A stretch of DNA of 19,764 nt. Origin: Ramazzottius varieornatus (taxonomy: Eukaryota; Animalia; Tardigrada). The notes under the pieces were generated by a model, which ran no database searches, was not told the origin of the DNA, and worked only from the letters and a program-made list of their open reading frames with translations. Below, piece after piece: positions 10,713 through 19,764 of this stretch. The stretch spans positions 978,623 through 998,386 of the forward strand of contig BDGG01000007.1 in the NCBI GenBank assembly GCA_001949185.1. Reading direction: 5' to 3'. Numbering within the stretch: the stretch's first letter is position 1; each line of letters starts with the position of its first letter. Position numbers and translations under genes: made by a program.

Positions 10713-11429
10713 TTGTGGATCAGTCCGAAATGCCTGTAGATCTGCTACATGGCTGGAGGTTTTCGGGTTCCAAGTCCGCAAAAGTTTCCTTAGGATACCG
10801 TTAGTTCTTGTGAAGAACTGGCTTTACAGTCAAACTACAGCCTTCATAGCGAAACGCTAGCATTGTTCTAGCTCAGCAGTCAATCTGTAACAGGCTGCTA
10901 GGAATCGGGTTAGCAACAACCAGATGTCATTACGTGAACTTTCTCACATTGCCTTCCACGACTGATTTCAACCTCGCGAACACTGTCCCAGAAAATGCTA
11001 ATCAAGAGGCACCTGCCAATGCAGACGATATACGAAAGCGTAAAGCGATGTGTGGAACTTTGCCCAGGTCGAAGTTCATGAGAGCGAGGTTCGTATAAAA
11101 TTTAAAGACGTTAATAATGTGAATGGTGAATGCGATGCCTGTCGGTGTTAACTTGGGAGATGCTACGGTTGGCGTTCCCCAGCAATGGCCCAAGATGCAA
11201 CGAACTGAGGTTTGACAGAAAAGGGTGGTGCGTATCCATATTCATGAGCACTGTGACCGCTGAAACAAATAAGATTCTTGACTTTTGTGGCGGTATGGCT
11301 GTTAATTATTCTAAATCGCCGATTGGACGAAAGTACATTCCAAGTGACAAAAGAGCTGTAATCCAGTATTTCGGTTATTAGCTGAGGTACCTTTGAAGAT
11401 GAAGCGCAATTACTGTACGAGCATGGCTG

Positions 11430-11769
11430 CGAGGTAGAGGTCATAATTATGCCACAGCTGTTTTTGGCCCATAATTCGGACAACGTAAAAAGTTTGTACG
11501 TTGGCGTTAACGCCTGATTGATATCTCATCGTACATCTGTTGATACAAGTTCAGGCTTCTTAACACTGCGGACACCCTTCCCTTTTTGACGGCTCGTTCT
11601 TCAAGTCCTATGCGTCTAGATGACATCAAAACAAATCGCAGCACTAGAAAACAAAATTTCCTATTGAATGGAGTAGACTGGATGCGGCTTGGTCCAGCGG
11701 TTGGGAAGAAATTAAGTGTCCGAATTATGGGTCGAAAACGGCTGCGGCATAATTATGACCTTTACCTCG
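11430..11769. mobile_element. Mariner-type MITE (340 bp) with 53-bp TIRs
   Basis: 11430-11482 matches the reverse complement of 11717-11769 at 48/53. Termini CGAGGTA(G/A)AGGTCATAATTATGCC resemble mariner TIRs. Flanked by TG (left) and TA (right). Confidence 0.82.
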
Positions 11770-12082
11770 TAATGGTAACCGTTTTTGTTCCACAGCAAGT
11801 GGCCCTGAAGCAGCGTCACCGAGGCAGTGACTCTTAAGCAGTGGCACGCGCACCTATGCATTCCCATGCACTTTTCCAGTTTGTTACGGTTGAGATTCAC
11901 TGCACCGCGTTCTGGTTCTGGTCTAGACTTTATACTGGTATAGGCTTCTCTCGTATGTGCACGATCCGAGTTCGATTGGGCTGTCTTCTCGTTTCATAGC
12001 TTGATCTCGTTTACAGCACAGTAGCAGTGTTGACCAAAACTGTTGGATGGAAAAAACGTTTTGACTGACGGTTATTATAAAG

Positions 12083-13945
12083 CTAAGGAGGAACGGAAAG
12101 GCGGCGTTTTATCTCCGTAAGTTGGCGTTCGATCCAAACTGTAAACACAGAGTAATCACTGTACCTTACCGCTGGAGAACTTGTCACAATGGCCAGAATG
12201 CTTCGACATCTGCTTGTGTTGCTTACCAGCCCAGAAAGCCGAATCGCGGTTCTCCCACTCCTCAAATTCTTGGTCCGGAGTCAGCGTAGTCCCTTCCCCA
12301 TGCTGTGTGACCATATCAACGAGACATGGATGTTTCAAGCAGTCCGTAGCTGTCCAACGTTGCAGTGGATCCCAAGTTAGCATTCTCATCATCAGATCCA
12401 GCTCTGCTCAAAACGCCCTACTAGATCCTGGAGTCTGATTACAGCGAAAGGGACATTGACATACCTGTCGGGGTGCATACTGCCGAAATTTCTGACCATC
12501 CCTTCTTTTGAACCTTTCTGCATTGAATCAGTAGATTCGGAAGCTACATGATTACGTGGTACAACTTTTGGGACTTCCAGAACTCAACCGAACTTTTGTC
12601 CTTACCGCGCACTTGCAGCCTGCACCGAAATTGTCGTAGGGAACACAGGGCACCTCATGGCGGAACAATCTTGCGCACTCCTGGTTTGGGTCGCCAAGAC
12701 GGCTGTAGATGGCTTTCATTTGATCACAGTATGCTGCAACATTTCTCGCTCGAAATGTGTACGGACAGTAGTTCTACGCGCTACTTGGCGAATACTTTGT
12801 GACGACAGTATTAACTAGTTTGCTTTATACACATACCGGTTCCGCCAGGCATGAAAACCTCGTGCGTAATCAGTTCCGCGAAAATGCAGCCCACCGACCA
12901 AACATCGACTAAAAGTATTGCCGGTTTAAGACTTGACACAAAATTTCCACCCGATGTGCATGCTGTTTCTAAGCGGTAACATACTTGCTCTGGTATATTG
13001 TCCTGCCTGCAGCCAGACATCGGGAGCACGGTAGTGTTGGCTTTGCACCACATGGGACATCTGTACGCGTAGCTTTCGGGCCAAGCCAAAGTCCAGAAGT
13101 TTGACAGATATCTCCCGGCCTCGGAAGGAGATACCAATATTTTTCGGTTTGAGATCCTGTGATAGCAATGATCTACATGGTGTGTTCGCTGATCTAATGC
13201 TGAGGTGTACAGTTCAACCTTCGGTTGATTATACATACCCTGTGGACAATTTCTCCGGAATGTATGTACTGTAACGCAAATTGCGGTAGTAAATTCCAAT
13301 AGTGGAGGCATCCCCTTCCATCGGTTAGAGTCCGGTTTCGGTTATTCATGCATATATATATACCTTTAGACCACACAGTATACTGTACACGATGAACGGG
13401 ACCATCTCCCGCCTGAGTAAAGGCTGTTCAGTCCCTGTTGCTTTCTTTGTTCTCTCGATTGCCACCGCAAGGTCCATGTCCATTTTGTCCGTCACAGAAT
13501 ACAGCTGCGTCTTTCCCTCTGGTGACACCAGCCAAAATACGTCCAACAGATACAAAATCTGCAGCAGAGAGTACAAGCGAAAGGATTGACAAATTTAAAA
13601 CATTATTAGATAAAGGTGTTAGAGACCGCAACAGCACTTTACTCCACTTACATTTTTATGACCCCGGAAAGTACAGAGCAGTAACACCTCTCTGTAAGCT
13701 CGCAGGGCCAGGACAGGTCTATTCCGGCTGTCCAGTTCGGCCATGTTAACATACTGCATCTTGATGGCGACAGTTGTGCCGCTAACCGTATCCCTTGCCT
13801 GCCTACAAAAAAGGTTTTGCTGAGACTTTTTCCAACGTGAAAACTGGGGAAATTCAAGTACTAACGCCACTTGTCCGTAGCTTCCATGAGCAAACACGTT
13901 GACTTCTGTGTAGCGCGCGGGCAACGTAACGCTGTTTTCTGCCAT
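12083..13945 (-). CDS. p38: Divergent p38-like MAP kinase, complement(join(12083..12138,12227..12403,12465..12543,12654..12733,12837..12908,12985..13156,13239..13268,13364..13558,13652..13802,13866..13945)), 363 aa
   Basis: Nine GT-AG introns join in phase to give HGSYGQV, VAIK, RAYREV, GLKYIHS..IVHRDLKPKN, DFGLAR, HYRAPDV, IDVWSVGCIFAEL, LDLMMRMLTWDPLQRWTATDCLKHP. Length and exon sizes 30/72/80/79 nt match the p38 gene structure as I recall it. The exon 7 donor (12653 vs 12605) is the least certain junction. Confidence 0.88.
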
Positions 13946-14189
13946 TCCTTCATGCCGAGGAATTCCGTAATGCGAAGAAAAGAAAGCAAAGCCGGATGCT
14001 AACGGAAACCGACGACGAATATGGAGAACCTGTATACATGTATATATTTCTCGTGGACATACTCACAGTAAGGGCGTTTGATAGCTTCACACGTACCATT
14101 AATCAATCGGGACCGGGGAAAAGCATGCTAACAGATAAACAGAAGCAAACAGATAACTTCACAGTCGGCATACTCTTAAACAGCCCTGA

Positions 14190-15327
14190 ACTATGTAAGC
14201 AAAGGTGTGGACAGTGAAGTAACTCACGCTGTTTCCAAGTGGAGTCGTCTTACCGCAGCTGCTCCTCCTGCGCCAGATCTACGCCACCAGCAGCAAGCCT
14301 GAGTCAAGGCTTGTTTCTCTTCAGATAACATTAAAGCCAGTATTCTTGCCGTTTCAGAGAAGAATTCCAGGTTTCGGCTGCATGCGCTTCCCTCTTCCTC
14401 GCTGGGCAATCTCCTCGATAACAACGCCCACCGTGTCAGCGTAGGCATACGTTTGGGCGCCCAGCTGTGTCGTCCTCAAATTTTCCGCTGCGATGCCAGT
14501 GTGGACGAGGATAGTCAGCAAGGTTTGGGTTGCAAGTTTAGTGGCGGTCGTTAGAGCCGACGCAGCGCGCTAGACGAGTCACTTAAACGTGCCCTGACCT
14601 CAGCCCAGATACCGTCCATCCTTGAACCACCAGGGATCTTCCAGAAGGACAAGAGAAGTCCAGACGGCATGACACAAGCAGCCATGCCGCTGCGCAATAG
14701 CCAATGTGGAAAAAAATTGTTCCCGTATGTAGTGCCCGTCATGTGACTATGGACTCAAACTCGGGTCGGTTAACTTAGATGAAACCGGCTTTGTCTACGT
14801 GACGGCTTAATGAGTGCAGCGTTCGTACACGGCTAACACATCGGTTCAGCCGTGACGTCAGGTTCGACGTTGCCGTTACCCAGCTGTTTTCCACATTAGA
14901 ATTCTCCAGCGGCATGGCTGGACACAAGGCCCATGGAAGAACGGTAGGGAGCTCGTCAGGGACGTTACACTGGCTGATACCCTGGCGCTCACCAACTTCG
15001 CTATGTCAACGGTGACCGCCGGGCCGCCAAAAGAAGAAAGATGCCAAGTACCAAGACATCGGAAGCCAGTTCCTGTTCTGCCCCGTTGGTCTGGAGACCC
15101 CCGGACCATGGGGACCCTGCGCGACGGAGCTGTTTGAAGCGGTCGGAAGAAAGATGGTGGAGGTGACAGGAGAATGCAAAGCCTTTTCTTTCTTTAAACA
15201 GAGAGTGTCTACAGATATCCAGCGTGGAAATTCTTGTTCTGTTCTCTCCACAGTAAAGGACACCAAGGGTCTCGATGAGTTGTTTTGCGTTTTAGATGCA
15301 AAGAAAGGAAAGTCTGTCTGTGTGTAG
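14190..15327 (+). mobile_element. 5'-truncated, decayed non-LTR retrotransposon 3' end (zinc-knuckle + restriction-like endonuclease, CRE-like)
   Basis: Manual + strand translation gives RLHALPSSSLGNLLD..RVSVGIRLGAQLCRP..C..VDEDSQQGLGCKFSGGR*..LKRALTSAQIPSILEPPGI..DKRSPDGMTQ|GPWKNGRELVRDVTLADTLA..(frameshift)..KDAKY..FCPVGLETPGPWGP..VTGE..FFKQRVSTDIQRGN..GLDELF. This is the typical RLE-retrotransposon C-terminus. It contains stops and a frameshift. Left boundary is approximate. Confidence 0.85.
14679..14920. mobile_element. hAT-type MITE (242 bp) inserted in the retrotransposon
   Basis: Perfect 14-bp TIR CAGCCATGCCGCTG. Perfect 8-bp TSD GACACAAG (14671-14678 and 14921-14928). Subterminal AATGTGGAAAA on both arms. 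Removing the element plus one TSD restores the frame PDGMTQGPW. Confidence 0.93.
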
Positions 15328-15742
15328 TTGTTTGTTTTTTGTTTTGCTATCTCGTCACTTTTTTGAGAGCAGAATATTGTCTTTTCAATACAGTTTTTTT
15401 CAGATCAGCAAAGGTGCGATGTTTAGGACAAAACTTGGATGTGTTATCAACGGGTCTCTTATTCCTACGTGTCTCTAAACCCTAGTCAGCCTACAGTGCC
15501 CGCCTGATTCTAGCAGAAAGTGATTCATGGCTTGCTTGATTGTCTTAGCTTCGAGTTACTCACTGCTTCTGAGATGATAGTTACGACCAGACGTTTAAGT
15601 CTTCTTTAGAGTTTGTCTGCTCTTGGAACAAATACAAATAGAAATATTGATATAAACACAACATACGAAAGCAATGCAGCTTCAGGAAACGAAAACTCAG
15701 CGTCTTTGTGATGACTGCTGTCATGGTGTCGTAATCGTTTCC

Positions 15743-15837
15743 GAAAACGAGCAAGACGTAGTCGGCTAATCTTGCGGCTAATCTTCGACTAATCTTGAAA
15801 ACGAGCAAGATTAGCCGACTACTCCTTGCTGTTGTTC
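15743..15837. repeat. Compound inverted/direct micro-repeat
   Basis: Perfect 18-bp inverted repeat 15758-15775/15805-15822, three tandem CG(G/A)CTAATCTT units, and a 14-bp direct repeat GAAAACGAGCAAGA (15743-15756, 15797-15810). Confidence 0.8.
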
Positions 15838-16193
15838 GTTCCAACTGAGAGCTTTAAGTAAGTAATCTCGGTTCCGTCCTTAACAACAGCAGGCAGCTCG
15901 TTCAAACTGAACTCTGAACCGGCAGTATCTCCGCACTCGACTTCGGACGACAGCCTGTTCATCAGACAATGCAACACCGACATTAAACGGTGAGCTCGCA
16001 TTAGAGCCAGTAGCGCCATTAACTAAACAACTTTATCAGGTACTGTAGGTCTTTTCGAGTTATTATGTAATTCATTTGTGGGACCCAGTTCTTTCTTCAT
16101 GAGCTTCTGAGACAACCTCACGCAAACTTTCAAATCGGCAGATACACAGCGGTTTAGAAAGGAACACGTAATCGTCCCAGCTTAACGGAATTA

Positions 16194-16972
16194 CAAAGAG
16201 GGCTCAATAAGTTTTAAGGCGTGACTGCCCTGGTTGACCCAGAATTTTATGGCACTGTCCAAAACAAAGGCTGACCTATTGACGGTACGCTACCAAAACA
16301 CCGAATTGATAGACTTCAAACTCGCAAGGAATCGTCAGTTTCAATTTAGGCACTTGACGAAGTTTTAACTTTCCCCGTTCACATAGCGCACACGATAAGC
16401 CATTTTACCGAAGCGACATACTGTACAATTTCAAGCGGAACTTAGCGACACGGGAATGCTTCGAGGAGATCAGCAAAGTGTTGGGGGATGAATCTTCGTC
16501 GAAAGCAACTGTTGAGTACTGGTACAGAGATTTATGTCGAAAGATATTCGATCTGGAAGATGCCCCAAGTTCTGGAGCCCCTGTTAAGGCACGCACCGAC
16601 AAAAATGTAACCTTGGCCAACAAGCTGGTGGAAAACGATCGTCACATCACCGTCGAGAATCTAGCAGACGAATTGGGAATATCAGTGGGAACTGTGGAAC
16701 AGATATTACACGACGACATGGTTTTGCATAAAATTTGTACTCGGTTGGTGCCTCGTGGACCGACAGCGGACCAAAGTCAGCAAAGAGAACGTAGTTGTGA
16801 GCAGGTGCTTCCTATCCTCGAGTCAAACAGAAAGTACGCTGTAGTGACTGGTGATGAATTGTATATCTATCATTACGACCCAAAACGGAAGGAGCAGACC
16901 AAGGAACGGATCGAGAAAGGAAGTGGCGCACTCATCGTTGTCCGGCACCGAGGAGCATCAAGAATCACATAA
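16194..16972 (+). mobile_element. 3'-truncated mariner-family transposon remnant
   Basis: TA + mariner-like 5' TIR (CAAAGAGGGCTCAATAAGTTT) at 16192. Reading frame 16382..16972 encodes YRSDILYNFK..ATVEYWY..LEDAPSSGAP..NDRHITVENLADELGISVGTVEQILH..LVPRGP..VVTGDELYIYHYDP (HTH domains, WVP-like motif, first catalytic D). No ATG, second/third D or 3' TIR seen. Confidence 0.88.
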
Positions 16973-16974
16973 CC

Positions 16975-19764
16975 AACTTTATAACGGATGTATAACGGAA
17001 GCTTGACGAGAGTTCGACTGTTGGAGTGGAACGGTAGCGAGTGGAGCAAGTGACAGACTTCTTGGGCGGAGTAGTCTTGTTCGTTCACACTTGTGATCAG
17101 AAGGCGTTGGACAGCCTGCCTTGGAAGGTCGTCGTCGTTGGCTTGAAGGAGAAGATTCTGAAACATCTGCCCGAATGTTTGTGAGCGTTTTTCGCTCTTG
17201 CTGGCGTACTTTGTCACGTAGCGCAGCAAAGCCTTTACGTCAACGATTGCGGACCAATCACAGTTTGCTCGCCATGTCTGGAGCTGCACCCTGTTGTGTC
17301 CATTAAGGAGGGGATCATTCCGTCCCGACAGAAACTGCCAGGTTCCTTGCTCATCCCTCTTTAATGCCGACACGTCTCGTACGTTCTTTGGATAGTGGAA
17401 CCGGCAAGTTTGCTTTTTGGCCCGCTTATCGATCACCAAGCAGTACCCAGCGATGCACCTAGTGTGCCGCTGCACCATGTTCTGGAGGGCAGCAAAGTCT
17501 TCCTCATCGTCCCGGAGTTGGGCAGCTCTGAGCTGACAGGGATGTACTTCCGGATTTACAGCATGCTGGTTCACGCTCCAGGTCGTCACGATTTGGTCAA
17601 AATAATCTGCGATTGCTTTTCGCTCTTCTTCAGTTTTCGTATCCAGGTGAGTAATGTCAGGCGCATCTTTTAACCAGACGAACCCATGCGCGTGGCCGCT
17701 TCCCCTGTGTTGCCACTCAAAGCGGTACTACTCGTCAGCCACTTTAAACGCTTTATGTCAGACTTCCTCCAGGAACGTTCTGAATCGATAATGCAAGAAC
17801 CAAGTGGCACTCAGCGGGTTGTCGATAAGGTTTATCCGAGCCCGTTTACTTCTTTCCTGTGCGGTGCTCTCAGGTGGAAGCCGCCTGTTAGAACACAAAT
17901 TGTGCAGCTCCGACCAATATAAGTCGGCAGCGCTGAAGGTGATTAAGACTGTCGGACTGCCAAGTTGCTCGATCTCGTCAGTCAGCTCGTTTTGTCGCTT
18001 GTACCAATATTGCCTTGACTCGCGTAAGGCTGATTCAAAGTAGACAATGCTACACGAAATGCTGTCCAAGTCGTTTTGATACTTGTGCTCGAATTGTTCC
18101 ATGAACATGTTGGCGTCTGCGTTTCGTCGATATTTCAGAAACAGGCACCCTTTGTTTCAATGCTCTCCACCATAACTCTAAGTTTAGCGCGAAGAAAGGA
18201 AAGCGCGGGTGTTTGGAAAACCGTCCGTCTCTGTACCGAAGCAAGTGTTTGAAGAATTCGGCTGGATTCAACTTCCGGGGTCGGGGTTAGCGAAGACCAA
18301 CGTTGGAAACAAGGAGATGTACCCAACCGTTTCAAACTCGTTGACAAGCTTACTGGAGATTTTTGGCCACATGGCGTGTACATTGTGGAGGTTTCTGATG
18401 TAGTTGTCTATGGTTATTTGGTCAGTGAGTCGAGGGTGTTGTGGTATGGCAAAAGTGTTAATATTTTCTTGCTCTTCGGCATTGTTCTCTTCGTCATTTC
18501 TGGAAGGGTGCGCGTCCACGGCGTCTGGATCTAAAGGTCTTTGGACTTGCATCGAAGGTAAGAGGAGGCTAATGTCACCTTCTGGAAGAGCAGCTGGGTT
18601 GTCCTGGTCTATGACTATGTCTGCGTAATACGCATTATTCCTTTTCAACCACCGCAAGGCTCTCCATATCCTGTCTCTCTTTGCATGTGAGTCCCTATGT
18701 AGCTCCGCATTCTTTCCCACTCGCCAAACAATGATGATATTGATGTCTTGCAGTCCTCGGGAAGAGTTTTGACGAACCCTTGGACATCTTGGGGAAAATT
18801 TAGAATGTTGCCCGAGTAGCCCCGCTGTTCTCCTTTCAGCTGGCGGACTTGGACTACCGCTGCGACTTGTGCTATCAACATCTCCACCTGACTTAAAATC
18901 CGCAACTTATCCGGAACGATGGCTCCAGGGTCCATACCGTTGTCCGCCAAAAAATTTTTAATATTTGAGTTTCGTTTGTTTCCCCTGAACCTTACACACT
19001 CGGTACAAGCGGATGTCAGGAAAACTTTCATTGCAAGTGCTGCAGTTGTAGGAAGAAAGCTGAGATATTTTTGCCCGGAAGCGTCCGATACCGTTCCTAA
19101 TGCCGTGTTTGGATGAGACAACGTCAGACCTGTCGGAATCTAGAGCTTTTCTAGAGATCTGTCTTGCTGACTTAACAGATCATCACCCACTTCATCTCCC
19201 GAGAGTGAAGCATTGGCGGAACAGCGATTACTTTGTCTTTCGCGCTGTTTGTTAATTCTGCTCATGTAATCAATAGTTGTCTGGACGTTTCGCCTCTCAG
19301 CCAAACGTTCTGCGTTCACTGATGCTCCGGCAACAGATGGCTGCGGGTTTCTAACGACCGCTTGTCTAGCAGGTCTGCTCTTGGTTCGTCGCACAAACCT
19401 CTCATAGAACTGCGGGTGAGTTGGTGATGGTGTGGAGGCTGGAGAAGGAGGGACATACACGGAGGTGGGAGACCTTCGGAAAGCCGAATATTGCGTGGAG
19501 CTGCTCGTACTCTATGTGTGATGACGCCGCGGAGGTGTTGGAATTTCGTCCGATTGCTGACACCACCCCAAAACACTGCCGGCAGACCCTGGTTGAACTG
19601 GAGCAACACTGTGCTGTGAAACCTGAATGCGTGGAAGATCGTCGACTTGTCCGTTTGCCGATACATAAGGATTTTGCCTTACTGGAACGTCGCCAAAAAA
19701 ACGAACTCTCGCTGGTCTTTCGACCTGTTTGCGTTCGAAGCGGATGCTTTGGTAATGGTTCCCA
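16975..19764 (-). mobile_element. Decayed Helitron (Helitron2/Helentron-like) Rep gene, helicase half missing; continues beyond the window
   Basis: Fragments in order: CSTCNESFP..NGMDPG..GYSGNILNFPQD and RIWRALRWLKRNNAYYADI (DUF6570-like); KHLLRYRDGRFSKHPRFPFFALN; Rep motif 1 ITFSAAD (17923-17940); HUH motif FEWQHRGSGHAHG (HAH at 17686-17694); motif 3 YVTKYASK (YVTKY at 17206-17220); DYSAQEVCHLL. Multiple stops and frameshifts. Confidence 0.9.

Noticed and set aside
11000-11900. Short ORFs with repeated EVxVIIMPQ..HNSD peptide on opposite strands
   Set aside because: These are translations of the two MITE TIRs, not a protein repeat.
1029-13945. Receptor, glycosidase-like and kinase genes as one functional sugar-sensing cluster
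   Set aside because: Adjacency in an animal genome is not evidence of shared function. No shared regulatory signal is visible; conserved synteny or co-expression would be needed.
14224-15266. Minus-strand ORFs (74, 63, 77, 86 aa) as upstream kinase coding exons
   Set aside because: They are antisense shadows of the + strand retrotransposon relic. The kinase domain is complete from ATG 13945.
15819-16140. 66-aa minus-strand ORF and upstream extension
   Set aside because: Interrupted by a stop and no recognisable family.

Overview
Eukaryotic (animal) genomic DNA with short GT-AG introns (mostly 60-110 nt). A compact invertebrate genome such as a tardigrade is plausible, but that is inference only. 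Three spliced host genes can be assembled by hand with consistent intron phases. (1) A gustatory-receptor-family 7TM gene (+, 1029-2554, 3 exons, 456 aa). (2) A MYORG-like type II membrane GH31 glycosidase (+, 4671-8209, 3 exons, 751 aa) that appears to lack the catalytic nucleophile Asp. (3) A 10-exon p38-type MAP kinase (-, 13945-12083, 363 aa) with intact catalytic motifs but no TxY activation motif (S-H-V instead). Roughly 7.5 kb (about 38%) is transposon-derived: an internally deleted Tc1 (DD34E) element with intact TIRs, four TA-flanked MITE-like elements, a 3' fragment of an RLE-type non-LTR retrotransposon split by a hAT-type MITE with an 8-bp TSD, a truncated mariner, and a decayed Helitron/Helentron-type Rep gene running off the right edge. 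An 87-nt pri-miRNA-like hairpin lies just downstream of the receptor gene. No prokaryotic features or CRISPR arrays were seen.
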